A DNA stretch of 64,000 bases, from positions 100,150 through 164,149 of the forward strand of contig CAZCGN010000001.1 of assembly GCA_964498285.1 (NCBI GenBank), read 5' to 3'. The notes under the pieces were generated by a model. It was given only the letters and a program-made list of their open reading frames with translations, ran no database searches and was not told the DNA's origin. Both the position numbers and the translations under genes were made by a program. Positions 29,034 to 38,751 of the stretch are shown here, in pieces; position 1 is the first letter of the stretch; every line of letters starts with the position of its first letter. Source of the DNA: an uncultured Methanosarcinales archaeon. Its GTDB lineage: Archaea > Nanobdellota > Nanobdellia > Woesearchaeales > GW2011-AR9.

Positions 29034-29432
29034 ATGAGTTCTCAAGTAACAGCAGCATGCCGTAAGTGCAATAATAAAGCGCCGGCAGAATCTTTTCAGC
29101 TGGATTATACTGCAGGAATGATGGTCTGTTTTAGTTGTTTTAAAAAACGGGGTAAAAAACCTACCGTTAAAGAAGCTCCAAAACCAGTTGAGAAAAAGAA
29201 ACCTGCTGGGTGGGACAGTGAAGATGAATTACTTGAACGACTTATTAAAGACAAAAGACGTTCTCAATCACCAGTTGGTAAAGTTGAGAGAGTTCCAGGT
29301 GAGATGTATGTTAAGTACACATGTAACAAATGTGCCTTCAAATTCAAATATTACCCGCTCCACAAAAAACCTAGAACGTGCCCCTATTGCAATTCACCTA
29401 ACCCAAAAATTCGAGTAACTGGGATTCTCTAA
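29034..29432 (+). CDS. double zinc-ribbon protein (paralog B)
   Basis: CRKCNNK...CFSCF and CNKCAFKFKYYPLHKKPRTCPYCNSPN. The CxxCxFKFK...CPYC block is shared with the 27308-27607 protein. Start taken at the internal MSSQV. Confidence 0.5.
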   Translation: MSSQVTAACRKCNNKAPAESFQLDYTAGMMVCFSCFKKRGKKPTVKEAPKPVEKKKPAGWDSEDELLERLIKDKRRSQSPVGKVERVPGEMYVKYTCNKCAFKFKYYPLHKKPRTCPYCNSPNPKIRVTGIL

Positions 29433-29635
29433 GTTGTCGTGGCTTCATCTTTCTGTTTGCGTAAGAATCTATCGTATACAAACAGTCCTGCCATAGCTAC
29501 AGCGTAAATAAGAATCACTAATTGAATAACTAGTCCTGCTGAAGCCATTTAGAAAAGAAGGTAATTATGGTATTTAAAGTTTGTTGTGGTTAGTAATCAG
29601 TTCCGAAAAAACAAGCATAAACCAAAAACCCAGCA

Positions 29636-30745
29636 CTACTTAGTTGGCCAGAGAAGTTTGCCAGTAAAATCATATAGTGGAAGACCCATATACTTACTAG
29701 CTTCTTCTGCTTCCATTCTTCCTTCAGTTGAGAAATCAACTGGTATTATAAGTCCTGCAATTTTATCTGGATCTACTTTTTCTGCAAATACTCCTTCAAA
29801 CTCCCAGGCAGCACCATGACTCGGAAAGAAGGGAATAGTGTCATCAATTAGAATTATTACTTTTGAATTGTGTGGGCTAAAGTAGCGAGGCGGATATGAT
29901 CTCACCCAGTGAATTAAAGCCATAGAATTTCTAAGAAAATTTCCAACATAATGTAACGGAATTTCCTCATTGCGACCAAAATTAAGCTGATCCAGGTTGT
30001 CTTTTACATGCCGAGATAGGTTTAAATCAGGATTGGCTTCTAGTGCTTTAACAAGAGCTTCTTTGGTAATTCTTTCTTCTTTTTTTATCATATCAAGATA
30101 ACCATTCTTCTCAAAGAATAGGTATAACTTCCAATAAGTATAAGGGTCCCACACAGAGATATAATCGTCCCCTTGCAAAGGATCGATTCCACCTAAAAAT
30201 ACTTCTTCCCCAAACCTTTCTTTAGCATGATTTTGGGAGAAAATTCCAGTTCCAATAACACTTAAAAAGTCTGAGGAAACATGATGACAACCTTGCTCTT
30301 GAAGAGAGAGCTGCTGCTTAGCCTTTTTCTTTGCAAGAAGTTCCTGTTTATTTTGAAATTTGACATCCATCTCAATTCTCCTGAAAAGCGATTCTATTTC
30401 CCGTATCTTTTCTATTAGCCATCTAATTTTCTCAAATTCTGCCTGTTCTAGTTTTTCTCTCGAACGAATTTTGTTAACACATTGGGAAATTAGCTGAGTC
30501 TCCTCTCGAATTTCAATCAATATTTCTTTACATTGAATCCCTAATTTATGCTTTCGAAACTCAAGCAACTCTTTTTTGGAATAATACAAGATATGCTCAA
30601 GAATCCGATGTAATTTTCGGAATAATTCTTTGCTTCTGTCACTCGTTACATCTCCAGATCTTAATATTGTAAGGTAGGCTTCAAACTCTCTTCCTTGAGC
30701 AATCAAGTAGCGAAGATATTTTATTGTAGGGTTACCAAAGACCAT
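29636..30745 (-). CDS. hypothetical protein (N-terminal coiled-coil, C-terminal globular domain)
   Basis: 369-aa ORF with no recognisable motif. Confidence 0.4.
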   Translation of the reverse strand: MVFGNPTIKYLRYLIAQGREFEAYLTILRSGDVTSDRSKELFRKLHRILEHILYYSKKELLEFRKHKLGIQCKEILIEIREETQLISQCVNKIRSREKLEQAEFEKIRWLIEKIREIESLFRRIEMDVKFQNKQELLAKKKAKQQLSLQEQGCHHVSSDFLSVIGTGIFSQNHAKERFGEEVFLGGIDPLQGDDYISVWDPYTYWKLYLFFEKNGYLDMIKKEERITKEALVKALEANPDLNLSRHVKDNLDQLNFGRNEEIPLHYVGNFLRNSMALIHWVRSYPPRYFSPHNSKVIILIDDTIPFFPSHGAAWEFEGVFAEKVDPDKIAGLIIPVDFSTEGRMEAEEASKYMGLPLYDFTGKLLWPTK

Positions 30746-30811
30746 ACTAGAATAAATTAGGAATTCTACTTAAATATTTGTTTTTAAAAATATCTCATTT
30801 AAGAAGATAAG

Positions 30812-30884
30812 CGTCCCCGCAGGGATTTGAACCCTGGTCTCAGGCTCCGCAAGCCTGTGTTCTATCCAACTATACTACGGGGAC
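30812..30884 (-). tRNA. tRNA-Arg(GCG)
   Basis: Reverse complement folds into a cloverleaf: acceptor GUCCCCG/CGGGGAC, anticodon stem CAGGC/GCCUG with loop UUGCGGA, T-arm CAGGG-UUCAAAU-CCCUG. Length 73 nt. Confidence 0.8.
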
Positions 30885-30920
30885 ATACTAGAAATCAAAT
30901 TTAAGAGGTATTTATAATTC

Positions 30921-31727
30921 TTACCTCTTCTTCCTTACTTTCTTCATCTCAGCGCCACCTGCTGGTAAGAACGAGATTATATCATCTAAATCGCCCGCTC
31001 CAAACTGCTTCAAAATCTTTTTTGCTAAAGCTGATTTTTTTACACGTCCTGGAACAACTATTACAAAATGAGGCGTTGCGCTTTTCACTGCAGCTACTGC
31101 CCCACCAATGATTTCTTCGCCCTTCAAACCTATTGCAAACTCCACCCGCGGATGCAAATAGTTGGTTTTCCCATACACCATAAAACTTCCCTTTGCTAAA
31201 TGCTCACCAGACTTCGCTTCTTTGGTTACTTGATCAGGTTTTACCCAAAACACATCAATTGTTCCAAGGCCTTTCTTCCAACCTCGAGAGTATGCTGCAA
31301 CTGTTTGCGCGCATTCTTCTTTTGTAGCTTCCCCAGATTTCTCACCGCCCTTTACAACAAAAAATGGGGAACCCGCCATATCAGTATGAAACACGATATC
31401 TCCTTTTTCAGTATGTTTTTTGACAAGAATTTCGTTGGAAGTAGCGTCTTTTCCACCAACACACAAGAAACCTTCTGAGGAGATAAACCAATGAAACTTG
31501 TGGTACCACTCGCGTTTACGAGCTTCTTTGCGTTTTTTAGCTTCTTTTTTTGCCTTTTCTTTTTCTAAGAACTTTTCTTCATCTAAAAGAAGCCTAGTTA
31601 ATTTTTTGTGACTCTCAACAAGAGCTTTATCTACTCCTTCAAGTTTCTTCTTATTCTTCTTGGCCCTATCAAAATAGATGCCTGCATTCTCTTCAACCGA
31701 TTTAGAAAGAGAGATTTCAACTTTCAT
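30921..31727 (-). CDS. NFACT-R (DUF814) domain protein, Tae2/NEMF C-terminal-like
   Basis: WYHKFHWFISSEGFLCVGGKDATSNEILVKKHTEKGDIVFHTDMAGSPFFVVK matches the NFACT-R signature (FRWFISSE...GRDAxQNE...DIYxHAD). Confidence 0.6.
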   Translation of the reverse strand: MKVEISLSKSVEENAGIYFDRAKKNKKKLEGVDKALVESHKKLTRLLLDEEKFLEKEKAKKEAKKRKEARKREWYHKFHWFISSEGFLCVGGKDATSNEILVKKHTEKGDIVFHTDMAGSPFFVVKGGEKSGEATKEECAQTVAAYSRGWKKGLGTIDVFWVKPDQVTKEAKSGEHLAKGSFMVYGKTNYLHPRVEFAIGLKGEEIIGGAVAAVKSATPHFVIVVPGRVKKSALAKKILKQFGAGDLDDIISFLPAGGAEMKKVRKKR

Positions 31728-31769
31728 AACGTGTACTAAAGAGAGAAGTATTCTTAAATGTTACCGAAC

Positions 31770-32246
31770 TTAACAATTAGGTACATTCTCAACCACAAGC
31801 GCTTGCTCAATACATACTTCTTGTGTATCAAACAATACAACTTTAGGGATAATCTTAAGCTGCCTGATTTCTCCAGACAATTCTTCATTATACCCCAAGT
31901 GTGTCACATAGCTTCCTGCTTTTGGCATTTTCGCATCATTCAAATCAAACGACTCTGCCCTCTCTGTTCCAATCACGTTCACCATAACTCCATCAACAGC
32001 AATGTTTGCACCGTTCTGTACAGTAAAGGTTAGGTCATTTTTGATACGATTCATACAGATCTGTTTTTGTCCTCCAATCTCAAGAAAATCCATCCCAATA
32101 TCAATGGTACAGGTAGCTTCCAAATCTACCTGCGCGCGACCAAAACTCATGAACAAAAATCCGATAGATACTGCAAAGGTTATGAGAAGAAGAGTTGCAA
32201 CTAAAGGGGCAATCCCCTTACGTCTACCAAAACCATCTAGTACCAT
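31770..32246 (-). CDS. archaeal type IV pilin-like protein (class III signal peptide)
   Basis: N-terminus GRRKG-IAPLVATLLLITFAVSIG is the R/K-G-hydrophobic prepilin-peptidase motif. Confidence 0.6.
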   Translation of the reverse strand: MVLDGFGRRKGIAPLVATLLLITFAVSIGFLFMSFGRAQVDLEATCTIDIGMDFLEIGGQKQICMNRIKNDLTFTVQNGANIAVDGVMVNVIGTERAESFDLNDAKMPKAGSYVTHLGYNEELSGEIRQLKIIPKVVLFDTQEVCIEQALVVENVPNC

Positions 32247-32310
32247 AAAGAAATACTAAGAAAAAGACGTATATAAAGGTTTGTAAGAAAAGAAAAGAAA
32301 AAAGAAGAAT

Positions 32311-32913
32311 TTATTCCTCAATAAAGTCATCCATTGGGCATGGAAGTTCATCCTCACTTTTGAGCATACCACGGTTTCGCATGTATTCTCGTGTAAGAAG
32401 GAAGAGAACTAAACCTACTGACTTTTTACCTTTATTATTGGCTGGAATCACAAGATCCAAATTATTAGATTCATTGTTAGTGTCACACAAACCAACAATT
32501 GGAATTCCTGCTTTCAAAGCATCTTTTACTGCGTTCTTGTCTGGCCAAGGATCTGAGACAAAAAGCACTTTTGGCTCAATGTACGTATCCAAATTTGTGT
32601 TTGTTAAGATTCCAGGAGGATATCTTCCAGAAATAACATTAATACCAGTAAGTTCTGCTAATTTCTTAAGACCTTTCCAGCCGTTCTCCCTTCGTGAAAC
32701 CATTAAAATTTGGTCTGGTTCATACTGAGAGAGAAAATTCGCTGCAAGACGGATTCTTTCATCAATCTTTTTGAGATTAAGAACGCTAAGTCCGTCTGGT
32801 CTTGTTTTGTAAATAAAATTCTTCATATATTTGGTTTTGAACTTTGTTCCAATATGAACGCCTGATTTAAGGTAGTCATTTGAGTCCAATAGTAAGTCTT
32901 CTGGTTCTGCCAT
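32311..32913 (-). CDS. rps2: 30S ribosomal protein uS2
   Basis: LLDSNDYLKSGVHIGT..., length 200 aa, S2 fold pattern. Confidence 0.85.
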   Translation of the reverse strand: MAEPEDLLLDSNDYLKSGVHIGTKFKTKYMKNFIYKTRPDGLSVLNLKKIDERIRLAANFLSQYEPDQILMVSRRENGWKGLKKLAELTGINVISGRYPPGILTNTNLDTYIEPKVLFVSDPWPDKNAVKDALKAGIPIVGLCDTNNESNNLDLVIPANNKGKKSVGLVLFLLTREYMRNRGMLKSEDELPCPMDDFIEE

Positions 32914-32963
32914 TTTGTTAATACCTGTTATTATTTTAAAGCAACTTAAAGAAAATCCTTCAA

Positions 32964-33040
32964 GTCTGCAATTTTTTTTGCTTTGCGCAAGTAAAGCTTA
33001 GAAATTGTTGACACATCAGTGTCTGCAATTTCTTTTGCCT
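32964..33040. repeat. two copies of a 20-nt direct repeat GTCTGCAATTTyTTTTGCyT, 57 nt apart, in the rps2 upstream region
   Basis: Seen directly at about 32964-32986 and about 33021-33040, with 2 mismatches. Confidence 0.5.
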
Positions 33041-33133
33041 CATGCAGCAATATACATCTTAGACAGACATATGTTGGCTATACAGAACTAGTTTCGAAGG
33101 CCATTTATAAAGGTTACTACAATATAAGAAAAA

Positions 33134-33388
33134 TTATTCGGAATCTGAAACTTCGTCGGACTCTTCTTCTGCAAGTTCCTCAACTTCTTCTTCAGGAACT
33201 TCTTCTACTACTGGTTCTTCTACAACATCATCAGCTGGCGCGCCATCTACAACTGCAGCGCCAGTCAGAGCATCAAAATTCGACCCTAACTCACTTACTT
33301 CAGTTACTGAATACAACGATGCAGATAAAGACACTACGAGTGCCACTGCCAAGATTGCTACAAGTGCATTATTTGAAACTGCTTTCAT
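33134..33388 (-). CDS. small secreted acidic protein (signal peptide + Glu/Asp/Val-rich tail)
   Basis: MKAVSNNALVAILAVALVVSLSASLYS followed by the DDVVEEPVVEEVPEEEVEELAEEESDEVSDSE tail. Confidence 0.45.
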   Translation of the reverse strand: MKAVSNNALVAILAVALVVSLSASLYSVTEVSELGSNFDALTGAAVVDGAPADDVVEEPVVEEVPEEEVEELAEEESDEVSDSE

Positions 33389-33400
33389 ATCTTTTCACCT

Positions 33401-33523
33401 CTACGCCACACCAGAGAATAGCACAATACCTGCAACACTTGCAATGATCACAAGAACAAACATAAGCAATACAACCCAATTAGGAAATTGATCATTGTTT
33501 GTGCTCTTCTTTTTACGTGCCAT
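33401..33523 (-). CDS. 40-aa single-pass membrane micro-protein
   Basis: MARKKKSTNNDQFPNWVVLLMFVLVIIASVAGIVLFSGVA, hand-translated and not in the ORF track. It sits between radB and the acidic secreted ORF. Confidence 0.3.
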   Translation of the reverse strand: MARKKKSTNNDQFPNWVVLLMFVLVIIASVAGIVLFSGVA

Positions 33524-33583
33524 TCACATCACCTAATACTTCTGAACTAAGAACAAGAAGTTTATATACATTTCGAAAAGAGA

Positions 33584-34279
33584 TCAAATCTGCGCCAAAC
33601 CTTCTTGCACAATCTTAAACGGATACTCTTTTCCGCCACCCAAGAACCTGTGTTTACGCAGAACAAACGCACAGTTTTCAGCACCACCTAATTTTACTAA
33701 CTCAATTAAGCATTTACTTCCATACTTGAGCAAATCCCCACCAACCATTTTGACTCGATCTTTATTGCCAAAATCAGCATAGACCTGATTTGTGATCAGA
33801 ACCGGAATTTTGCGTGATCTTGCAATTCCTACGAGAATAGCTATTTGGCGTGCAAGAGCAGAATTAGTTTCAAAAATAGCATCAGCTTTTCCGAGCTCCA
33901 AACGATAGAGCATAGAAATTGAATCTACAACAATAAGGCCAACATCAGGCGTTAGAAGATTTTTGAGTCTCTCAAACACTCCTTGCTGCTCTTCAAAGGT
34001 AAGTGGTTGGAAAAAAAGAACGTTCTCAAGAACTTTTGAAGAATCAGAACTTAGTTGCTTAATTCTTTCAACTGCAATTCCTCCCTCAGTATCAATCAAG
34101 ATTACTTTTTTGCCACGTTCAGCAACTTTTACTGCTGCAAGAAGGCATAGATTGGTTTTACCCGATCCAGATGGACCAAAAATGGTTGTAACAACATCTT
34201 TTTCATAGCCACCTAAAAGTGCTTCATCTAAAAAGAAGGCTCCAGTTGAAATCGTATCACCCATAAGAAAACAAGCCAA
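33584..34279 (-). CDS. radB: RadB-type RecA-superfamily ATPase
   Basis: Walker A FGPSGSGKTNLCL, KaiC/RecA core, length 231 aa. Confidence 0.65.
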   Translation of the reverse strand: MACFLMGDTISTGAFFLDEALLGGYEKDVVTTIFGPSGSGKTNLCLLAAVKVAERGKKVILIDTEGGIAVERIKQLSSDSSKVLENVLFFQPLTFEEQQGVFERLKNLLTPDVGLIVVDSISMLYRLELGKADAIFETNSALARQIAILVGIARSRKIPVLITNQVYADFGNKDRVKMVGGDLLKYGSKCLIELVKLGGAENCAFVLRKHRFLGGGKEYPFKIVQEGLAQI

Positions 34280-34360
34280 AGAACGATTGATTTAAAGATT
34301 TCTAGCACACAGAACTACCATCACACATTTTATAAACGAGAATAACTTAATTTTCCTCTA

Positions 34361-35905
34361 ATGAAGCTTCAAAACAGGCACATCTTAGCTTTACTTTTCA
34401 TTGCAACTCTAGCAATCAGACTCTTCTTAGCATTTGTAACACCAAACTTTACGTATGATTCATACTTTCATCTGCTGCAGGTTGAACAGATCATACAGAC
34501 CGGAACTCCTTTGTTTGATAACCCTTTCTCATATGGTGGTAGAGAACTTATCTTTCTCCCATTATTCCATTATTTTTCATCCATCTTTGCACTTGTGATT
34601 CCCCTAGAAATAGTTGCAAAAATTCTTCCTAATGTGCTGTTTGCATCACTAGGTCTTGTTGTATACATGATTGCAAAACGGTTAAGCAAAAGAAGCAGAA
34701 CGCCTCTCTTCTCAGCATTCATTGCATTTTTCCTACCCATTACTTTTCAGACACACGCATTTAGTCCCCTTCCCTTTGCATTGCTCTGTCTTCTGTTTAC
34801 ACTATATTTTTTCATACGAGCACGAAAGGAGAAGAATGCAAAGCAATTAATATATGGGTATGCTGCAGCACTTATCCTGCTCACCCTAAGCAGCCCCATT
34901 GCATCAATTCTGATTATCACACTTCTTTTTTACGCACTTTTCTCTCTCTTTGAAGGGCAGAAAGTAACACAAGCAGAAAAAGAAATTATGCTCTTTTCAC
35001 TTTTTTTCTTTTTATGGGTCCAGTTTCTCTTGTTCAAAAATGTATTCTTAACAGAGGGAGTTTCGTTCATTTGGCAAAATATTCCATCCATCATTAGAAC
35101 AGACTATTTTCCAGTATTAAATTTAGAAGAAGCGTTATTTCTGGTAGGTTTTATTCCACTTATCACCGGCGTCATATTTGTATACACCGCCCTTACAAAC
35201 GAGAAAAATAAGAACGTTTTTCTTATGCTGGGTATTCTGATTGCAAGTTTTGCGCTAACTGGACTTCGTCTCTTAGAATTTAACATTGCAATCGCATTTA
35301 CTGGACTTGTTCTTGCAATCATCTTCGCGCCATTCTACGACACGCTCGTCGAATATTATAAAAAATCGAAATTTAGCTTGTTTGAACAAGCTGCAACTCA
35401 AAAAGCAAAGAGTTTACTTCGAGTAAAAAAGTTTATGCAAATTTCAACCATAGTCTTGCTTATTTTGTTAATTCCAAGTATGGTCGTTCCTTCATTAACG
35501 TATTCACTCGAACAAGAAGTTCCAACTCAAGATGAAATTGAACTTTTTGTATGGTTAGATGCAAATACCGCGCAAGATGCAACTATTGCAGCCGATGTGC
35601 GAGAAGGCCATTTAGTAAGTTATCTTTCTAAACGAAAAAATGTCATGGATCCAGAGTTCCATTTGATTGATGATGTTGAAACACGATACACAGACATTAC
35701 CTCATTATACACAACCCATTTCCAAACACATGTGTTAGACATAGCACAGAAGTATGACATTAACTACATCGTGCTTACTGATGCTACACGAGAACGTTTA
35801 GATATTGGGCAACTTTCCTACAGAACAAGCAACTGTTTTGATCTTGTTCAAAATATTAATAATAATAAAGCTTACGCAGTTAGGTGTGAGTTAAACGCGC
35901 AATAA
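34361..35905 (+). CDS. GT-C-fold membrane glycosyltransferase-like protein (PMT/ArnT family 39-like), paralog 1
   Basis: At least 10 TM helices. First-loop acidic motif TYDSYFHL. C-terminal soluble domain. Confidence 0.5.
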   Translation: MKLQNRHILALLFIATLAIRLFLAFVTPNFTYDSYFHLLQVEQIIQTGTPLFDNPFSYGGRELIFLPLFHYFSSIFALVIPLEIVAKILPNVLFASLGLVVYMIAKRLSKRSRTPLFSAFIAFFLPITFQTHAFSPLPFALLCLLFTLYFFIRARKEKNAKQLIYGYAAALILLTLSSPIASILIITLLFYALFSLFEGQKVTQAEKEIMLFSLFFFLWVQFLLFKNVFLTEGVSFIWQNIPSIIRTDYFPVLNLEEALFLVGFIPLITGVIFVYTALTNEKNKNVFLMLGILIASFALTGLRLLEFNIAIAFTGLVLAIIFAPFYDTLVEYYKKSKFSLFEQAATQKAKSLLRVKKFMQISTIVLLILLIPSMVVPSLTYSLEQEVPTQDEIELFVWLDANTAQDATIAADVREGHLVSYLSKRKNVMDPEFHLIDDVETRYTDITSLYTTHFQTHVLDIAQKYDINYIVLTDATRERLDIGQLSYRTSNCFDLVQNINNNKAYAVRCELNAQ

Positions 35906-35906
35906 A

Positions 35907-37379
35907 ATGGTACTTAACAAACAGAGAAATAAGCATCTTGTACAAAAACGGATTATAATTATCCTTAGTTTGTACATCCTTGTAATTGGAGCAGTTCTTC
36001 TTACACGGTTTTCCGGTGGAATACCAATACTCTATGGCGAAGAGAGTTATACTCACCTAAATACTATACAAAGTGTGGAAGAAGGGGGGATTTCTCTTTC
36101 TAACATTAGCTTCGTTCAAATGCTTATACTTCCACTCGCTAAGATTATTCCATTACATCTCCTGTTCTTCATCTCACCAATTTTAGGATTACTATCAATT
36201 ATTCTTTTCCTCAGACTTACACGAAAAGCTGGGTTTGATAATCTTATCTCGACCTATTGGGGGGTTCTTCTTATTCTCTCTCCAGCATTTATCTTTACGT
36301 TCACTACATTAAGTACATATGCATTTAGCATGCTTTTTGCTCTTCTAGGCCTTACGGCCCTTCGAACAAGAAAGAAATATCTGCAATGGCTTAGTGTTCC
36401 ATTCTTTATGAGTGCTGCAGCTACAGAGGTTCTTTTTGGAGTGCTTATAATTTTACTTTTAACCAGTTTCATTGCATTACGAAAGGAAGGTTCTGATGAA
36501 ATATATCATCTAAAACTTCTTCAAAATCTTAAAGAAAAATCAACTCGATTCCGTGCAACAAAAATAACGTTAATTGTAAGTATCATTGCATTAGGAGTAT
36601 CTTTGTTTGCAACAGGAATTACTTTTATTGCCTTTAAATCTTCCACACATAATATCTGGCGCGACATAATTTCCGACTTTGGTGCAAAAGGAGGCATTAG
36701 TATTTTTGTTTTGATCCTAAGTATTACAGGACTGTTTTTTGCCTACAAACGAAGACAAGTTTTGTACGCATCATTAGTTATCCTGATCCCCGCATATTTT
36801 TGGAACACACATACAATTTTCTTTCTTACAATCCCCCTCACCTATGCTGCAGCGTTAGGTCTTGCACGCATTACAAATCGCAAATGGCAACTTACAGATC
36901 TTAAAACAATTACTCTCTTTCTACTTGCCCTAGGTATTGTATTTTCAACATTAACATTTACAGAACGTCTAGCTGAATACTCTCCTTCAGCAGAGATGAA
37001 CAATGCACTCATTTGGCTCAAAGAAAATGCTCCTGAGGATACGAGCGTTCTTACACTCAGAGAAGATGGACAGTTTACTGAATTCATTAGTGGAATGAAA
37101 GTATTTGATCATACTCAATTTACAACAGATACAATTGATCCCGCTCAACTTGATCCAACCATACATGTTCCATCCTCACCTATCTTTACTATTGCATACA
37201 CTCAAGTTCTGTTCCCAATTTTTGATCAAGAAAACATAGAATATGTTTATATTACTCCTAAAATCAAAGGTATCTTAGCAGAAGATCAAGGGATTAGATT
37301 TGTCCTTCGTAACGAAAACTTTAAAATGATCTATGCATCCGAAGGTCATGAAATTTGGGAATATTCTCCTATTAGCTAG
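35907..37379 (+). CDS. GT-C-fold membrane glycosyltransferase-like protein, paralog 2
   Basis: Polytopic, first-loop acidic motif YGEESYTHL, same architecture as its neighbour. Confidence 0.5.
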   Translation: MVLNKQRNKHLVQKRIIIILSLYILVIGAVLLTRFSGGIPILYGEESYTHLNTIQSVEEGGISLSNISFVQMLILPLAKIIPLHLLFFISPILGLLSIILFLRLTRKAGFDNLISTYWGVLLILSPAFIFTFTTLSTYAFSMLFALLGLTALRTRKKYLQWLSVPFFMSAAATEVLFGVLIILLLTSFIALRKEGSDEIYHLKLLQNLKEKSTRFRATKITLIVSIIALGVSLFATGITFIAFKSSTHNIWRDIISDFGAKGGISIFVLILSITGLFFAYKRRQVLYASLVILIPAYFWNTHTIFFLTIPLTYAAALGLARITNRKWQLTDLKTITLFLLALGIVFSTLTFTERLAEYSPSAEMNNALIWLKENAPEDTSVLTLREDGQFTEFISGMKVFDHTQFTTDTIDPAQLDPTIHVPSSPIFTIAYTQVLFPIFDQENIEYVYITPKIKGILAEDQGIRFVLRNENFKMIYASEGHEIWEYSPIS

Positions 37380-37391
37380 AAAGGAGAGATT

Positions 37392-38672
37392 TTGGGTTAC
37401 ATGGCACTTATTGAATCACTTATCATAGGAGTAGTATATTTTATCTCTCTATATTTTAGTGTCTTTTTTATTCTGGTCTATTTTGATAAACGAGAAGAGT
37501 TCAAAAAAGAAGTATCATCAGAGGAATTAGACACATACCCCCTGATTTCTATAATCATTCCGGCATATAATGAAGAGAAAACTATCAAAGGAACACTTTC
37601 CTCTGTTGCTGCCATTGATTATCCGAAAGATAGGCTTGATGTTATTGCAATAAATGATGGATCAAATGATTCTACCTTTCAAGTTATGCAAAAATTCTTA
37701 GAAGAACATGATGTTCCTCATTTTCGTATTCTTTCTCACAAAAATAAAGGTAAGGCTGCGTCGATGAATACTGCTATTGCGATGGCTAAAGGTGAGTTTT
37801 TTGCATGTCTTGATGCCGATTCTTTTGTTGATAGTAAAACCCTTCGCAAAATGCTTCATTTGTATTATAAAGAAAATGATAGTCAACTTGCAGTGATCAC
37901 TCCTGCAATGAAAGTATACAAACCAAAAAATATCTTACAAAAAATTCAGTGGATAGAGTACCTTTTAATGGTGTTTGTTGGCAGAATCACATCACACCTT
38001 GATGCAATTTATGTGGCGCCCGGTCCGTTCTCTTTATATCGAAAAGATATTATTCAAGAAGTTGGGGGGTTTGACGAACATACCCTCACTGAAGATCAAG
38101 AAATTGCATACAGGCTCCAAGAGAAACAATATAGAATCAAACAATGTTTTGATGGGTATGTACATACTGTAAGTCCAGGTAAATTAGTCGGGTTCTATAA
38201 ACAGCGTAGACGATGGTACATGGGAAGCATCTCTTGCGCGTATCAATACAAGCATGTTATAGGCAAAAAAGCGTATGGGGATTTTGGCGTTGTACAGATG
38301 ATCAAAAATGTTCTTGGGTATGGACTTGCTGTTGCAGGAATTGGGTTTGCAGCATACCTTTTTGGCTGGCCTTTGATTATGAAAATCAAAAATGGTCTTT
38401 CCATAAATTTTGACATTTGGCCATACATTACGAATTTAGATTTTACGTTGAGTCCATACCTTTTTGATGTGCAAAAAGTCATTGTATTTGTAGCATTGTT
38501 TTTCACTGGTCTTTTCTTTTTCTATAAAGCACATACAAATGCTAAAGAGAAAATAACAACATTTGGATATCTTCCGATTATTCCATACTTCGCGTTTTAT
38601 TATCTTTTGAAAGGTGCCATCTTAATGCTCTCATTTGTTGAGTTCACGCGAAAGAAAAAGATTAAGTGGTGA
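37392..38672 (+). CDS. processive family-2 glycosyltransferase (cellulose/chitin-synthase-like) with C-terminal TM helices
   Basis: IIIPAYNEE, NDGSND, LDADS (DxD), and QRRRW (YKQRRRWYMGS), the processive beta-glycosyltransferase signature. Confidence 0.7.
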   Translation: MGYMALIESLIIGVVYFISLYFSVFFILVYFDKREEFKKEVSSEELDTYPLISIIIPAYNEEKTIKGTLSSVAAIDYPKDRLDVIAINDGSNDSTFQVMQKFLEEHDVPHFRILSHKNKGKAASMNTAIAMAKGEFFACLDADSFVDSKTLRKMLHLYYKENDSQLAVITPAMKVYKPKNILQKIQWIEYLLMVFVGRITSHLDAIYVAPGPFSLYRKDIIQEVGGFDEHTLTEDQEIAYRLQEKQYRIKQCFDGYVHTVSPGKLVGFYKQRRRWYMGSISCAYQYKHVIGKKAYGDFGVVQMIKNVLGYGLAVAGIGFAAYLFGWPLIMKIKNGLSINFDIWPYITNLDFTLSPYLFDVQKVIVFVALFFTGLFFFYKAHTNAKEKITTFGYLPIIPYFAFYYLLKGAILMLSFVEFTRKKKIKW

Positions 38673-38751
38673 AAGGAATAGATATATTCTGGACCTTAAT
38701 AGATCCCAACACACAAGTATTTAAAAAGAGACATTCCAAAATATATCCAGT

